Counted from the first letter of the stretch, positions 1-12,563 are shown. The stretch is DNA of 64,000 bases from Mobula hypostoma (GCF_963921235.1 NC_086097.1:3100001-3164000); one strand, 5' to 3'. Notes: a model not told the origin generated them from the letters alone. A program made the numbers and translations.

Positions 1-1505
1 TTTTGCTCGCTCCTCTTTACACCAGCATTGATGGTCTGTCTCCAGCTGCTGCAGTCTGCTGCCACGACTTCCCAGACTTTTTTGGTCAATGTCCCTTGCT
101 TTCATGTTGCGCTTACAGACAGGGCTGGTCTTCCAGTAGGTCTGGTGCCGGTGGCGAGCTCTCTTTGGGGATCTGACCATCTTCCACACCCCTGATGTGA
201 CCAGGCCATCCCAGGTGATGCAGAGTGAGGAGGGTGAACATGGTTGCGATGCCTGCTTGTTCTAAAACATCCTTGTTTGGGACATGATCCTGCCATGCGA
301 TGCCAGGATTGTTCCGTGGAGGTGGAAGGTGTTTAGGCTGTGCTCTTGGTGAAGGTAGATCGTTCATGTTTCACTGCCGTACAGGAGCGTACTGAGCACA
401 CAGGCCTGGTTGACCTTCATCTTGGTGTTCTTGATTAACATGAGTTCACCCAGACTCTTGTTGCCAGCCGAGACATCATTGTTGCTGCTCTGCCGATCCA
501 CTTGTTGAGCTTGACATTGAAGGAAAGGGTGCTTGAGACGAGGGAGCCAAGGTAGGTGAACTTATCCACTATGTTGAGGGTGCAGCCTCCCATGCAGATG
601 TTTGGTTTGTTGTTGACATCTTGGCACATGGTGTTTGTCTTCTTGAAGCTGATAGTCAAACCAAAGTCTGCAAGTGAGTGTGAGGCAGTTGATGAGTCTC
701 AGGAGGGCTTCCTCTGGGTGTGATGTCAGGGCGGCGTTGTCTGCAAACAGCAGCTCCCTTATCAGTACCAGTCACATCTTGGCCTTTGCTCTGAGATGTG
801 CAAGGTTGAACAGCCTGCCATCACTTCTGGTGTGGAGGTGTACGTTGTCTTCTGATGAACTGAAGGCATGGGACAGTAGCAGGGAGAAAAAGCTGCTAAA
901 GAACATAGGAACCAGTATGCAGCCCTGCTTCACACAGCTCTTGATTGGGAAGGGACTACATGTCTTCATGAAAAGATATGATTATCCCGAGGAACCTGTG
1001 AGGACATCCAATCTTTTGAACGGTGTGAAGAAGCCCTTTCTGCTGACCTGGCCTTTGTCAGGTAAATGAAGGTGACGTACAGTGGTTGTCCCTGCTCTCG
1101 GCATTTCTCTTGGAGTTGGTGTAGTGAGAAGATCTTGTCAATTGTTGACCGTCCCACTCGGAACCCACACAGTGATTTTGGGTTATCGAGCAGCCAGTGT
1201 CTGTAGATGGTTGAGTAGCATGTGAGGGAACACCTTGCCAATGATGTTGAGAAGTGAGGTGCCTTGGTATCTTATTGCAGTCATCACGGTCACATTTGTA
1301 CTTGTAGAGGTGGAAGATGTTGGAGTTGTGCATGTCCTGGGGTACTGACCCTTCCTCCCAATATTGGCAGAGAAGTTCATGCAAGTGCTGTAGCAGACCA
1401 TACTTCTTACCAGCCTTTATGACCTCAGGTGTAATGCCGTCTTTTCCAGGAGCCTTACCACTTGCTAGGCAATGGTTTGCTTTACTGAGTTTGTAAATAG
1501 AGGGC
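1..1505 (-). mobile_element. RTE-clade LINE, degenerate RT and 3' region
   Basis: Minus-strand ORF fragments GKAPGKDGITPEV, CGFRVGRSTID, VKQGCILVP, FTYLGS. Many frameshifts. Confidence 0.85.
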
Positions 1506-3520
1506 AGCATGAGAGAGAAGTTGGTTGGAATTGATTGGAAAAGAACACTGGCAGGGATGATGGCAGAGCAGCAATTGCTGGAAGTTCTGAAAGTAATCCA
1601 GAAAGCACAGGATATCTACATCCAAAAGAGGAAGAAGTATTCTAAAGGAAAGATGACACAACCGTGGCTAACAAAAGAAGAGGGCATATAATAGAGCAAG
1701 AATTATTGGGAAGTTAGAGGATTAACAAGCTTTTAAAAGCCAATGGAAGGTAACTAAAGAAGTTATTAAGACGGTAAAGATGGAATGCAAAAGTAAGCTG
1801 GCTAATAATATTAAAGAGGTTACCAAAAGTTTATTCAGATAAATAAAGTGTAAAAGTGAGGTGAGAGTAGATACTGGACTGCTGGAAAATGATGCTGGAG
1901 AGGTAGTAATGGGGGACAACAAAATGATGGATGAATTAATTAAGTATTTTGCATTAGTCTTCACTAGCAGTATGGTGGAAGTTCCAGGTGTCAGAGGGCA
2001 TGAACTGTGTGAAGTTACCATAACTGGAGAGAAGGTTCTTGGGAAACTGGAAGATCTGAAGGTAGATAAATCACCTGGACCAGATAGTATACACACCCCA
2101 GGGTACCGAAAGTGGTGGCTGAAGAGATTGTGGAGGCATTAATACTGGTCTTTCAAGAATCACTAGATCCTGGAATGGTTTCTGAAGACTGGAAAATTGC
2201 AAATGTCACTCCACTCTTCAAAAATGGAGAGAGCCAGAAGAAAGGAAACTATAGGTCGGTTAGTTTGACCTTGGTGGTTGGGAAGATGTCGGAGTTCATT
2301 ATTAAGGATGAGGTGTCAGGGTACTTGGAGGCACATGATACAATAGGCCATAGTCAACATGGTTTCCTCAAGGGAAAATCTTGCCTGACAAATATGTTGG
2401 AATTCTTTGAAGAAGTAACAAGCAAGATAGGCAAAGGAAAATTGGTTGATGTTGGGTACTTGGATTTCCAGAAGGCCTTTGACGAGGTGCTGCACATGAG
2501 GCTGCTTAACAAGCAATGACCCCATGGTATTACAGGAAAGATTCTAGCATGGATGAAGCAGTGGCTGATCGTCAGGAGGCAAAGAATGGGAAAAAAGGGA
2601 ACCTTTTCTGGTTGGGTGCCGGTGACTGTGGCGTTCCACAGGGGTTTATGTTTGGACCAGTTCTCTTCACATGACATGTCATTGATTTGGATGATGGAAT
2701 TGATGGCTTTGTTGCGATAATTGCAGATGATATGAAGTTCGGTGGAAGGACAGGTAGTTTTGAGGAAGTAGAGCCGTTACAACATAGACAGATTAGGAGA
2801 ATGGGCAAAGAAATGACAGGTGAAATACAGGGTCAGGAAGTCTGTAATCATCAGTTTGATAGAAGAAATGAAAGGGTTGACTATTTTCTAAGTGGAGAGA
2901 AAATACAAAAAACTGAGATGCAAAGGGATTTGGGATTCCTTGTGCAGGATTCTGAGTCTGGTGAGGAAGGCAAATGCAATGTTAGCATTCATTTCAAGAG
3001 GACTAGAATATAAAAGTAAGTATGTAATGTTGAGACTTTATAAAACATTGGTGAGGCCTCAGTTGGAGTATTGTGAGCAGTTTTAAGCTCCTTATCTTGA
3101 AAGGATGTGCTGAAACTGAAGAGGGTTTAAAGGTAGCTCATGGAAATGATTCCAGGATACCTTGTCATATGAGGAGTGTTTGATGGCTCTGGGTCTGCAT
3201 TCACTAGAATTCAGAAGAATGAGAGGTGACCTCATTGAAACCTATCGAATGGTGAAAAGCCATGATAGAGTGGATGTGGAGAGGACGTTTTCGTTGGTGG
3301 GAGAGTCTAAGACCAAAGAACACAGCCTCAGAATAGAGGGGTGTCCTTTTAGGACAGATGAGGAGGAATTTCTTTTGCCAGAGATTGGTGAATCTGTAGA
3401 ATTCTTTGCCAGAAGCTGCTGTGGAGACCAAGTCTTTGTGTATATTTAAGGCAGAGGTTGATAGATTCTTGATTGGTCAAGGCATGAAGGGATACAGGGG
3501 AAAGACAGGAGATTGGGGCT
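1506..3520 (+). mobile_element. CR1-clade LINE, 5'-truncated ORF2 remnant
   Basis: Fragments KSPGPD, DWKIANVTPLFK, SQHGFLKGKSCLTN, DFQKAFD, LYKTLVRPQLEYC. Confidence 0.9.
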
Positions 3521-3589
3521 AAGTTCTGGGAAAGTTTCTGTTAAGTTTTCCTTTTTCCTTACTGTGTCAGGAGTACTTAGTGTAGTTTA

Positions 3590-6500
3590 AATGACCATTG
3601 TGTGTTCTTCATGCCGGATGTTGGAGTCCTGCGAGACCCAGGGCTCCCAGGGAACTACATCTGCATGAAGTGCATCGAGTTGCAGCTTGTTAAAGACTGT
3701 GTTATCAATCTGGAGTAGCAGCTGGAAGACCTTTGGCTTGTACGGGAGAATGAGGAGAACGTCGATGGGAGTTATAGGGAAGTGTCACCCCAAAGTTGCA
3801 GGAGGCAGATGGCTGTGTGACTGTCAGGAGAAGGAATGGGAAAGTGAATAGGCAGTTAGTGCAGAGGACCCCTGTGGCCATTCCACTCAATAATAAGTAT
3901 ACAGTTTTGGAAACTGTTGTGGGGGATGACCTCCTCGGGGAATGCCATGACCAGGTTACTGGCACTGAGCATACGTCCAAGGTGCAGATGGGAAAGAGAG
4001 AGAAGATGGGAGTGGTAGGGGACTCAATAGTCCGAGGAACAGACAGGAGGTTCTGTGGATGTGAACAGGACTCCGGGATGGTATGTTGCCTCCATGGTGC
4101 CAGGGTCAGGGATGTCTCGGATTGCACCCTCAGCATTTGGGAGGAGGAAACGATAGGGTCCAGATGTCTTGGTACATATATGTACCAATGACAGGAAGGA
4201 AAAGCAAAGAAATCCTGAAAAGCAGAGAAGCAGGACCTCCAGGGTAGTAATTACTGGTTTGCTACCTGTGCTACATGCTAGTGAGGGTAGAAACAGGATG
4301 ACTTGGCAGATAGATGCGTGGCTAAGAATCTGGTGCAGGGGGCAGGGCTTCAACTTCTTGGATCATTGGGATCTTTTCTGGAGGAACCTGAGGGGGAGCA
4401 ATATTCTCGTGTCTGGTTTGTTAGAAAGGGTTTGTTGGGGAGATTTTAAACTGATTTGGCAGGGGGGTGGGAACCGGAGTGAAGGAACTTCAGGCTAGGA
4501 TGGATTGGAAAAAAGCAAAGGTAGCGGACAGTCAGACTGTTAGGAAGGGCAGCCAGATGAAAGGGCATAATTTCAGCCAGTGGGTGAGTACTAGAGCATT
4601 AGAATCAAAAAGGGTAGCAAATACATTACTCAAAGTGTTATATCTCAATCCATCTTGTTGCACTTTTACAGATGGTTGGCTATGATGTTGTGGCTATCAC
4701 TGAAGGTTACACGTCCTGTTGGAGGGATAGGAAGGTAGGCAGAGGGGGAGGTGTGGCTCTGCTGGTAAAGAATGACATCAAGTCATTAGAAAGATGTGAC
4801 ATAGGATCGGAAGATGTTGAATCCTTGTGGGTTCAGTTAAGAAACTGCAAAGGTAAAAGGACCCTGATGGCAGTTACATACAGGCCTCCCAACAGTAGAT
4901 GGGGTGTGGACTACAGAATACAATGGGAAATAGAAAGGGCATGTCAAAAGGGCAATGTTATAGTAGTTATGGGAGATGTTAATATGCACAGAGATTAGCA
5001 AACTCAGGTTGGTAATGGATCGTAAAAGAATGAATTTGTTGAATGACTATGAGATGGCTTTTTAGAGCAACTTGTTGTTCAGCCTGCTAAGGGTTTAGCT
5101 CTACTGGATTGGGTAGTATACAATGAACCAGAGACATAGAAACATAGAAAACCTACAGCACAATACAGGCCCTTCGGCCCACAAAGCTATGCTGAACATA
5201 TCCCCACCTTAGAACTACCTAGGCTTACCCATAGCCCTCTATTTTTCTAAGCTTCATGTAGCCATCCAAGAGTCTCTTTAAAGACCTATCATTTCCGCCT
5301 CCACCACCACTGCCTGCAACCCATTCCATGCACTCACCACTCTCTGTGTAAAAAAAACTTACCCCTGACATCTCCTCTGTACCTACTTCCAAGCACCTTA
5401 AAACTGTGCCCTCTCGTGTTAGCCATTTCAGCCCTGGGAAAAGCTTCTGACTATCCACACGATCAATGACTCTCATCATCTTATACACCTCTGTCAGGTT
5501 ACCTCTCATCCTCCGTCGCTCCAAGGAGAAAAGGCCGAGTTTACTCAACCTATTCTCATAAGTCATGCTCCCCAATTCAGGCAACGTCCTTGTAAATCTC
5601 CTCTGCACCCTTTCTATGGTTTCCACATCCTTCCTGTAGTGAGGTGACCAGAACTGAGTACAGTACTCCAAGTGGGGTCTGACTAGGGTCCTATGAAGCT
5701 GTAACATTACCTCCCGGCTCTTAAACTCAACCCCAATGAAAGCCAATCCACCATATACCTACTTAACTACAGAGCCAACCTGCGCAGCAGCTTTGAGTAT
5801 CCTATGGACTCAGACCCCAAGATCCCTCTGATCCTCCACACTGCCAATAGTCTTACCATTAATACTATAGTCTGCCATCATATTTGATCTACCAAAATGA
5901 ACTACCTCCCACTTATCTGGATTAAACCATCTTGCACTTCTCAGCCCAGTTTTGCATCCTGTCAATGTCCCGCTGTAACCTCTGACAGCCCTCCACACTA
6001 TCCACAACACCCCCCAACCTTTGTGTCATCAGCAAATTTACTAACCCATCCCTCCACTTCTTCATCCAGGTCACTAATAAAAATCACAAATAGTGGGGGG
6101 TTCCAGAACAGATCTTTGCTGCACACCACTGGTCACCTGCTTCCATGCAGAATAAGACCCATCTACAACCACTCTTTGCCTTCTGTGGGCAAGCCAGTTC
6201 TGGATCCACAAAACAATGTCCCCTTGGATCCCATGCCTCTTTACTTTCTCAGTAAGCCTTGCATGGGGTTCCTTATCAAATGCCTTGCTAAAATCCATAT
6301 ATACTACTCAAATGCCTTGTTAAAGTCCATATACACTACTCAAATGCCTTGCTAAAATCCATATACACTACAATTAGGGAGCTTAAGGTAAAGGAACCCT
6401 TAAGGAGTCAGTGATCACATTATGATTGAGTTCAACTTGAAATGAGATAGGGAGAAAGTAAAGCCTGACAGAGCAGTGTTTCAGTGGAGTAAAGGAAATT

Positions 6501-6957
6501 ACAGTGGTATGAGAGAGGAGCTGGCCAAAGTAAATGGGAAGGAGATGCTGGCAGGGATGACAGCAGAGCAGCAATGGCGTGAGTTTGCGGGAAAAAATGA
6601 GGAAGGTGCAGGATAGATGCATTCCAAAAATGAAGACATACTCAAATGGCAAATTGCTGATGAGACAAGTAAAAGTAAAACAGAGGGTATACAACAAAGC
6701 AAATATTAGAGGGAAGATACAGCATTAGAAAGCTTTTAAAAACCTACAAAAAGCAAGTAAAAGAATCATTAGGAGGGATAAGATGAAATACGAAAGCAAG
6801 CAAGCCAGTTAGTAAACAATATCTATGTGGATAGTGAAAGCTTTTTCAAGTATGTAAAAAATAAAAGAGAGATGAGAGTGGATATAGGACCGCTAAAAAA
6901 TGAGGTGGAGAAATAATAACAGGGGGCAGGGAGATAGCAGATGAACTAAATGAGTTT
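3590..6957 (+). mobile_element. CR1 LINE 5' part (ORF1 zinc finger/esterase-like plus ORF2 endonuclease), interrupted at about 5134-6371
   Basis: Fragments VVGDSIVRGTDRRFCG, VHICTND, RGGGVALLVK, VVMGDVN. Sequence resumes at attagggagcttaagg (about 6373) after the nested insertion. Confidence 0.85.
5134..6371 (-). mobile_element. Nested 5'-truncated CR1 LINE
   Basis: (CATAGAAA)n tail at the left end; minus-strand ORFs DFSKAFDK, LVRPHLEYC. Confidence 0.9.
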
Positions 6958-8054
6958 AATAAACAATGAATAATTACCATTTTTATGGGTTCTTCTTGTT
7001 CACTGGCCGTGGTAAATCTGGCAGCCCTGCACAGGGTTTGTCATCTGCCAGACATGAGCTTGTGTTGGGATGCAGGAATTATGTATGTTGCATTCAGGTT
7101 CAGAAGACAAAACAACTCCTTGTGCACATTTAACTATCCTGCCTTGTAATTAATACATTTCACACATTTTAAGTTGTTGCCTTAGGAGCAGTAGAAATAG
7201 CTTTCACTTGATGGGTATAAATTCAGGAACTACTTTGATCTGAAGTTTTGGAAACATTTTTTGCCACTTTTGGATGTTTACTTTGGCAGACATTTAAGGA
7301 ATTTATAAAATGGGGCTTGAGTACTGTGCTCATAATGTACACACTTCCAATTGTGGTTGCTTCCTCAGGTAAACCCATTCAACTAACCCACAGAGTGGTG
7401 GGCTTCCAATTACATCACTTCTGCTCTTAAAAAAATAATTTTGTATTCAATCCATAAAAGATATCTTATTCATCAGCAATGATTATTCAGAACCAAATGA
7501 AATGTACAGTACATCTCATCATTTGGATCTGACATTAAGTATAGAAAGATTTTGAGCCCCAAAATGAAACTGTGTGCTTTATTTGCAGCGAAATAATTTC
7601 CTTCATGTTCCCTTACTTGTCAGCTTTACAACAGAGCTAAATTATATTTACTCCTTAAATGATAATACTCCTTAAATCCTGTTGTGAAACAAAGTGTTTG
7701 ATTTCTGGTTGGAAATCTACATCCAATCCAAACTTCCATACCTACTCACACCCCTTTCCACCAGCACAGCAATGGTCAAATGTTAGCAGCAGGTATGGAC
7801 ACAAAATCATTTCAATGCTTTTATTCCAGTGTAAGATTGCCCTTAACCTTTAATTATTTAATTTGTTACTGAATATTCCTTGTTGTTGAATAAGACATTT
7901 TTTTATGGATTGAGTAAGTGATTTGTAGAAGTCCACCATTCTCTGGGTTATTTGAATATCTAAGTGCAATAAATATTTTCAAACATTTTTATATATCTCA
8001 CTATTTTTATGTGCAAATTTTCCAATGGTCAATTACAAACATGTATTTTCGTAG

Positions 8055-8157
8055 GTGCTACGAAGTCGAGTTTGCTATCAGCACAGAGCATTGTCAGCAT
8101 GTTTGTTCCTGCACCTGAAGAGTTTACAGATGATCAACCTACCCTAATGTCTGACAG
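8055..8157 (+). CDS. unc79: UNC79 coding exon: (G)ATKSSLLSAQSIVSMFVPAPEEFTDDQPTLMSD(R)
   Basis: ttttcgtAG acceptor at 8053-8054 and GT donor at 8158. The 103-bp translation matches the vertebrate UNC79 segment I recall (ATKSSLLSAPSIVSMFVPAPEEFTDEQPT). Phase joins the next exon. Confidence 0.9.
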
Positions 8158-8437
8158 GTAAATATATTAATATGATAGTCATGTGCATTTCACTCGTTTT
8201 GCCAGCTTTCCCTTGTAATATTTAACACTGATTCAAAAGCAAAAGGGAACAGTTAATATTTTATTCCAAAGTGCATTTAGAACTTCTATTCATAAAAACA
8301 GAGTTATTGAAGACATTTCTTTACCTTGGATGCATTTTTTTACCTTGTATAAATGGTTCTCTAAAGCCATTAAGTTTTATACATTAATGTAAAACTGCAA
8401 TATAGGCTTTTGAGTTAAATAATTTTTCAAAAAAACT

Positions 8438-8556
8438 CAGTGGTGACTTAATTAGGTACACTGTACTCCTCATTATTGCAAATATCCAGTCAGCTAATCA
8501 TGTGGCAGCAACTCAATGCATAAAAGATTGCAGACATGGTCAAGAGGTTTAGTTGC
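8438..8556 (+). mobile_element. Tc1-like transposon left-end fragment
   Basis: cagtggtgacttaattaggtacac...catgtggcagcaactcaatgcataaaa resembles a fish Tc1 terminus (from memory). Confidence 0.5.
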
Positions 8557-8659
8557 AAACACCAAAAAGTGTAGATACTGAAAATCCAAAACACACACAC
8601 AACACTCAGGAAGAACTCAGCAGGTCAGGCAGCATCTATGGAAAAGAGTGAACAGTTAA

Positions 8660-9210
8660 TCACTGGCCTTACGATTGAGTTTGTTGATTCTGTTGGTGTC
8701 TGCTACCCTCAGCCTGCTGCCCCAGCACACAACAGCAAACATGATCGCACTGGCCACCACAGACTCGTAGAACATCCTCAGCATCGTCCAGCAGATGTTA
8801 AAGGACCTCAGTCTCCTCAGGAAATAGAGACGGCTCTGACCCTTCTTGTAGACAGCCTCAGTGTTCTTTGACCAGTCCAGTTTATTGTCAATTCGTATCC
8901 CCAGGTATTTGTAATCCTCCACCATATCCACACTGACCCCCTGGATGGAAACCGGGGTCACCGGTACCTTAGCTCTCCTCAGGTTTACCACCAGCTCCTT
9001 AGTCTTTTTCACATTAAGCTGCAGATAATTCTGTTCACACCATGTAACAAAGTTTCCTACCGTAGCCCTGTACTCAGCCTCATCTCCCTTGCTGATGCAT
9101 CCAACTGTGGCAGAGTCATCCGAAAACTTCTGAAGATGACGACTCTGTGCAGTAGTTGAAGTCCGAGGTGTAAATGGTGAAGAGAAAGGGAGACAAGACA
9201 GTCCCCTGTG
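8660..9210 (-). mobile_element. Rex1/Babar LINE RT fragment
   Basis: LQKFSDDSATVG, LQLNVKKTKELVV, YKYLG, KKGQSRLYFLRRLRSF. Confidence 0.8.
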
Positions 9211-9371
9211 TTGGTAGAAGAAATAAAAAGATAGACTATTTTGTAAATGGAGAAAAAAATTAAAAATCTGAGGTGAAAGGGACTTGGGAGCCTTTGGGCA
9301 GGATTCCCTAAAGGTTAATTTGCATGTTGAGTCTGTAGTGAGGCAGGCAAATGCAATGCACAAGGATATAA

Positions 9372-9595
9372 ACAACAGGAATTCTGCAGATGCTGGAAAT
9401 TCAAGCAACACACATCAAAGTTGCTGGTGAACGCAGCAGGCCAAGCAGCATCTATAGGAAGAGGCGCAGTCGACGTTTCAGGCCGAGACCCTTCGTAGTC
9501 CTGACGAAGGGTCTCGGCCTGAAACGTCGACTGCGCCTCTTCCTATAGATGCTGCTTGGCCTGCTGCGTTCACCAGCAACTTTGATGTGTGTTGC
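9372..9595. mobile_element. Penelope-like terminal-repeat mini-insertion with a perfect 92-bp inverted repeat and about 15-bp TSD
   Basis: Arms 9405-9496 and 9504-9595 are exact reverse complements. tgcacaaggatataa occurs at 9357-9371 and 9593-9607. Same sequence as the 3' end of the GIY-YIG element at about 46505-46645. Confidence 0.85.
9497..9532 (+). ncRNA. Minimal type I hammerhead ribozyme motif (Penelope type)
   Basis: AGTC-CTGACGA-A-GGGT(CTCG)GCCT-GAAAC-GTC^GACT. Stem I is AGTC/GACT, the CUGANGA and GAAA boxes and stem II are present, stem III is the palindrome ACGT, and the cleavage triplet is GUC. Confidence 0.7.
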
Positions 9596-10143
9596 ACAAG
9601 GATATAATGTTGGTGGAGGCGGATATGATAGGGTCTTTTAAGAGACTCCTGGATAGGTACATGGAGCTTAGAAAAATAGAGGGCTATGGGTAACGCTAGG
9701 TTATTTTTCAGGTAAGGACATGTTCAGCACAGCTTTGTAGGCCAAATTGTATTGTGCTGTAGGTTTTCTATGTTTCTATAATGTTGAGGCTTTATAAAGC
9801 ACGGGTGAGGCCTCACTTGGACTTTTGTGAGCAGTTTTGCGCCCCTTATCTAGAAAGGATGTGCTGACACAGGACAGGGTTCAAAGGAGGTTCATGAAAG
9901 TGATTCCAAGATTGAACGGCTTGTCGTATAAAGAGCGTTTGATGGATCTGGGCCTGTATTCACTGGAATCTGGAAGAATGAGATGTGACCTAATTGAAAT
10001 GTATTGAATGGTGAAAGGCCTTGATAGAGTGGATGTGGAGAGGACCCATGTGCTTTTTAGTTGAGACAATAAAGGTTACTGTCAGTAAATACAGATCGTC
10101 TTTGTGCCTCTCTGATCACTATTACTGAGAACACTATCGAATA

Positions 10144-10977
10144 CAGGTACACATTCCTGTATCCGAAATTCTGAAATCCAAAACGCTCCGACAACCGAAG
10201 TTTTTTTCGCCAACAGCTGACGTCACTCAGGTGTGACGTGGCAGCACTAGCAGAGGCTGCCAGACGTCAGTTGTGGCTCAGCGCTCCTACTGGTTACACG
10301 TGTATTTGCTGTTCCCTGATATTTTGTGTTCACTGTTGACTTTGTGTTTAATTTCACTGTGAAAATGTCAAAAAGAGCTGCAGATTCTCCTATGGGTAAC
10401 AATGAGAAAAAGAGAAGGAAACATCTGTCATCAATAACGCAGAAAGTGGAGTTATTGCAGAAGCTTGATTGTGGTGTGTCTGTGCGGTGTCTTACTGAAG
10501 AAAATAGTGTCGGAACTACCACTGTATACGATTTAAATAAACAGACAAGTTACTGAAGTTTTATAGTGACAGTGACGTTCCAGAGTTACTGTATTCCAAT
10601 AAATCATTTACCATGTGTTTGATTCGGTTCGTTTGAAGCTGTATATTTTTATGTTTTATTGAATGTTTTTGTTAGAAATAAAATTTTTTCTTGTCATTAT
10701 TCGTAAGCAATACAGTATAACAACTATTTACATAGCATTTACATTGTATTAGGTATTATAAGTAATCTAGAGGTGATTTGAAGTATACGGGAGGATGTGC
10801 GTAGGTTTGGTGCGCCGCCGGGTCCTAAATTCCACTGCACTGAGACAGGTTAAATAAGGGACTTGAGCATACGTGCTTTTTGGTATCGGGGGGGGGGGGG
10901 GGGTCTGAAATCCGAAAAATTGTGAATTCCGAAATGCAACTGGCCCCAAGGATTTTGGATAAGGGATTGTGGACCTG
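10144..10977 (+). mobile_element. Tigger/pogo-family non-autonomous DNA transposon with truncated CENP-B-type HTH N-terminus
   Basis: TA flanks at 10142-10143 and 10978-10979. Imperfect TIRs caggtacacattcctgtatccgaaat / attttggataagggattgtggacctg. ORF MSKRAADSPMGNNEKKRRKHLSSITQKVELLQKLDCGVSV. Confidence 0.85.
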
Positions 10978-11744
10978 TATTGAAAGATCTAGATAAGGTG
11001 GATGTGGAGAGGTTGTTTCAATTCAATTCAAGTTTAGTTGTCAGTTGACCATACATGAATACTCATGAATACAACCAAATGAGACAGTGTTACTACAGGG
11101 TCAAAGTGTAACACATGACAGCAAGCACAAAAAAATACTATCACAGTCAAGGAATAAGAGAGTCCCGAAAACGCGCTCCATCAATCCTGAGTCGAATACA
11201 ATGGAGCCTGTCTCCTGCCAAGCATACCCTGGGGGGCAGCAGAGCCTCCAGACTGGATGCCTCTCACCATCCCCTGGTGGAACACCGGCTCTGACGACTC
11301 CTTTCCTCCCCACACGACACTGCAACTTGAGGCACATACAAGACAACAAACCAATAGAGGACTTCAGTAAAACACCACGGTGCGAATATTGGACCAGACC
11401 CTCCCCACCCCCCCCCCCCGCCAGTCCACTGAGACTGGCCCCAATGCCCACCAAGTGACTGGAGGCTCAGTCCTCGCATAGACAAACACATATAGAATAT
11501 TAGTGAAAACACAGCCACACAGCTATATATATATGTAGCCCAGACCCTTCAGTAATTTAAAATCGTCTGTCGGTCACATCTGCACCAGGCTCCCCCCAGT
11601 GGAATGCACTGGCTTGAACGCCTCTCCTCCAGCGGTATGAGGTCTTGAGTCCACTGAGTTCAGCAAAAAGAAACCTACAGTTAACAGATGTTGTCTTCCT
11701 CTGAGCAAAACCCTGTGATTGCAGCACCAGCTTCGTTCTGGATG

Positions 11745-12035
11745 CCATAAAAAATAGGAGCAGGAGCAGCAGTAGACCATCTGGCCTATTGAGCCTGCCC
11801 CACCATTCAATAAGATCATGGCTGATCTGACCATGGACTCATCTCCACCTACCTGCCTTTTCCCCATAATCCTTAATTCCCCTACTATGCAAAAATCTAT
11901 CCTACTTTGTCTTAAATATATTTACTGAGGTAGCCTCCACTGCTTCATTGGGCAGAGAATTCCACAGATTCACCACTCGCTGGGAAAAGCAGTTCCTCCT
12001 CATCTCCATCCTAAATCTACTCCCCAAAATCTTGA
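11745..12035 (-). mobile_element. CR1 3' end fragment
   Basis: RRNCFSQRVVNLWNSLP followed by the CR1 3'UTR. Confidence 0.8.
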
Positions 12036-12112
12036 GGCTGTGTACCCCGGCAAAGCGCAATGGCTTCATCCCTTCACTTTGGGCGGCCACGAACAGGTAA
12101 CACCATGGCTTC

Positions 12113-12563
12113 ACACATCAAAGTTGCTGGTGAACGCAGCAGGCCAGGCAGCATCTCTAGGAAGAGGTACAGTTGATGTTTCGGGCTGAGACCCTTCGTC
12201 AGGACTAACTGAGGGAAGAGCTAGTAAGAGATTTGGGAGGGGGAGGGGGAGATCCAAAATGATAGGAGAAGACAGGAGGGGGAGGATATCTGGATAAACC
12301 GAAACTGGAAAAAAATATAATAATAATAAATAAATAACAGATGGGGTATGAAGGGGAGTTGGGGCATTAACATAAGTTAGAGAAGTCAATGTTCATGCCA
12401 TCAGGTTGGAGGCTACCCAGACTGAATATAAGGTGTTGTTCCTCCAACCTGAGTGTGGCTTCATCTTGACAGTAGAGGAGGCCGTGGATAGACATATCAG
12501 AATTGGAATGGGACGTGGAATTAAAATGTGTGGCCAGTGGCATGAACATTGATGGCATGAACA
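12113..12563 (-). mobile_element. Penelope-like element 3' fragment (end of GIY-YIG domain plus terminal repeat with decayed hammerhead)
   Basis: ATHFNSTSHSNSDMSIHGLLYCQDEATLRLEEQHLIFSLGSLQPDGMNIDFSN. Reverse-strand agtcctgacgaagggtctcagcccgaaacatc at about 12175-12206. Confidence 0.85.

Larger units (their letters stand above)
9211..10045 (+). mobile_element. CR1 3' fragments interrupted by a Penelope-derived hairpin and a second CR1 tail
   Basis: CR1 nucleotide motifs (agggacttggg, gtgaggcctcacttgg, agagtggatgtggagagg) shared with other CR1 copies in the window. Confidence 0.7.

Noticed and set aside
6960..8050. Additional upstream unc79 exon in the unique AT-rich stretch
   Set aside because: No reading frame with a recognisable UNC79 peptide and matching splice sites was found by eye.
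7918..8118. ORF-track 66-aa peptide
   Set aside because: Wrong-frame overlap of the real exon 8055-8157. The same applies to 39487..39801, 47566..47784 and the antisense 14438..14626.
10326..10556. TIGD/JRK-like host gene
   Set aside because: Only a truncated HTH inside TA-flanked TIRs.
11017..11750. ORFs of 84-123 aa in a GC-richer stretch
   Set aside because: No recognisable domain. It begins with a (TTCAA)n LINE-like tail, so it is probably an antisense retroposon remnant I cannot classify.
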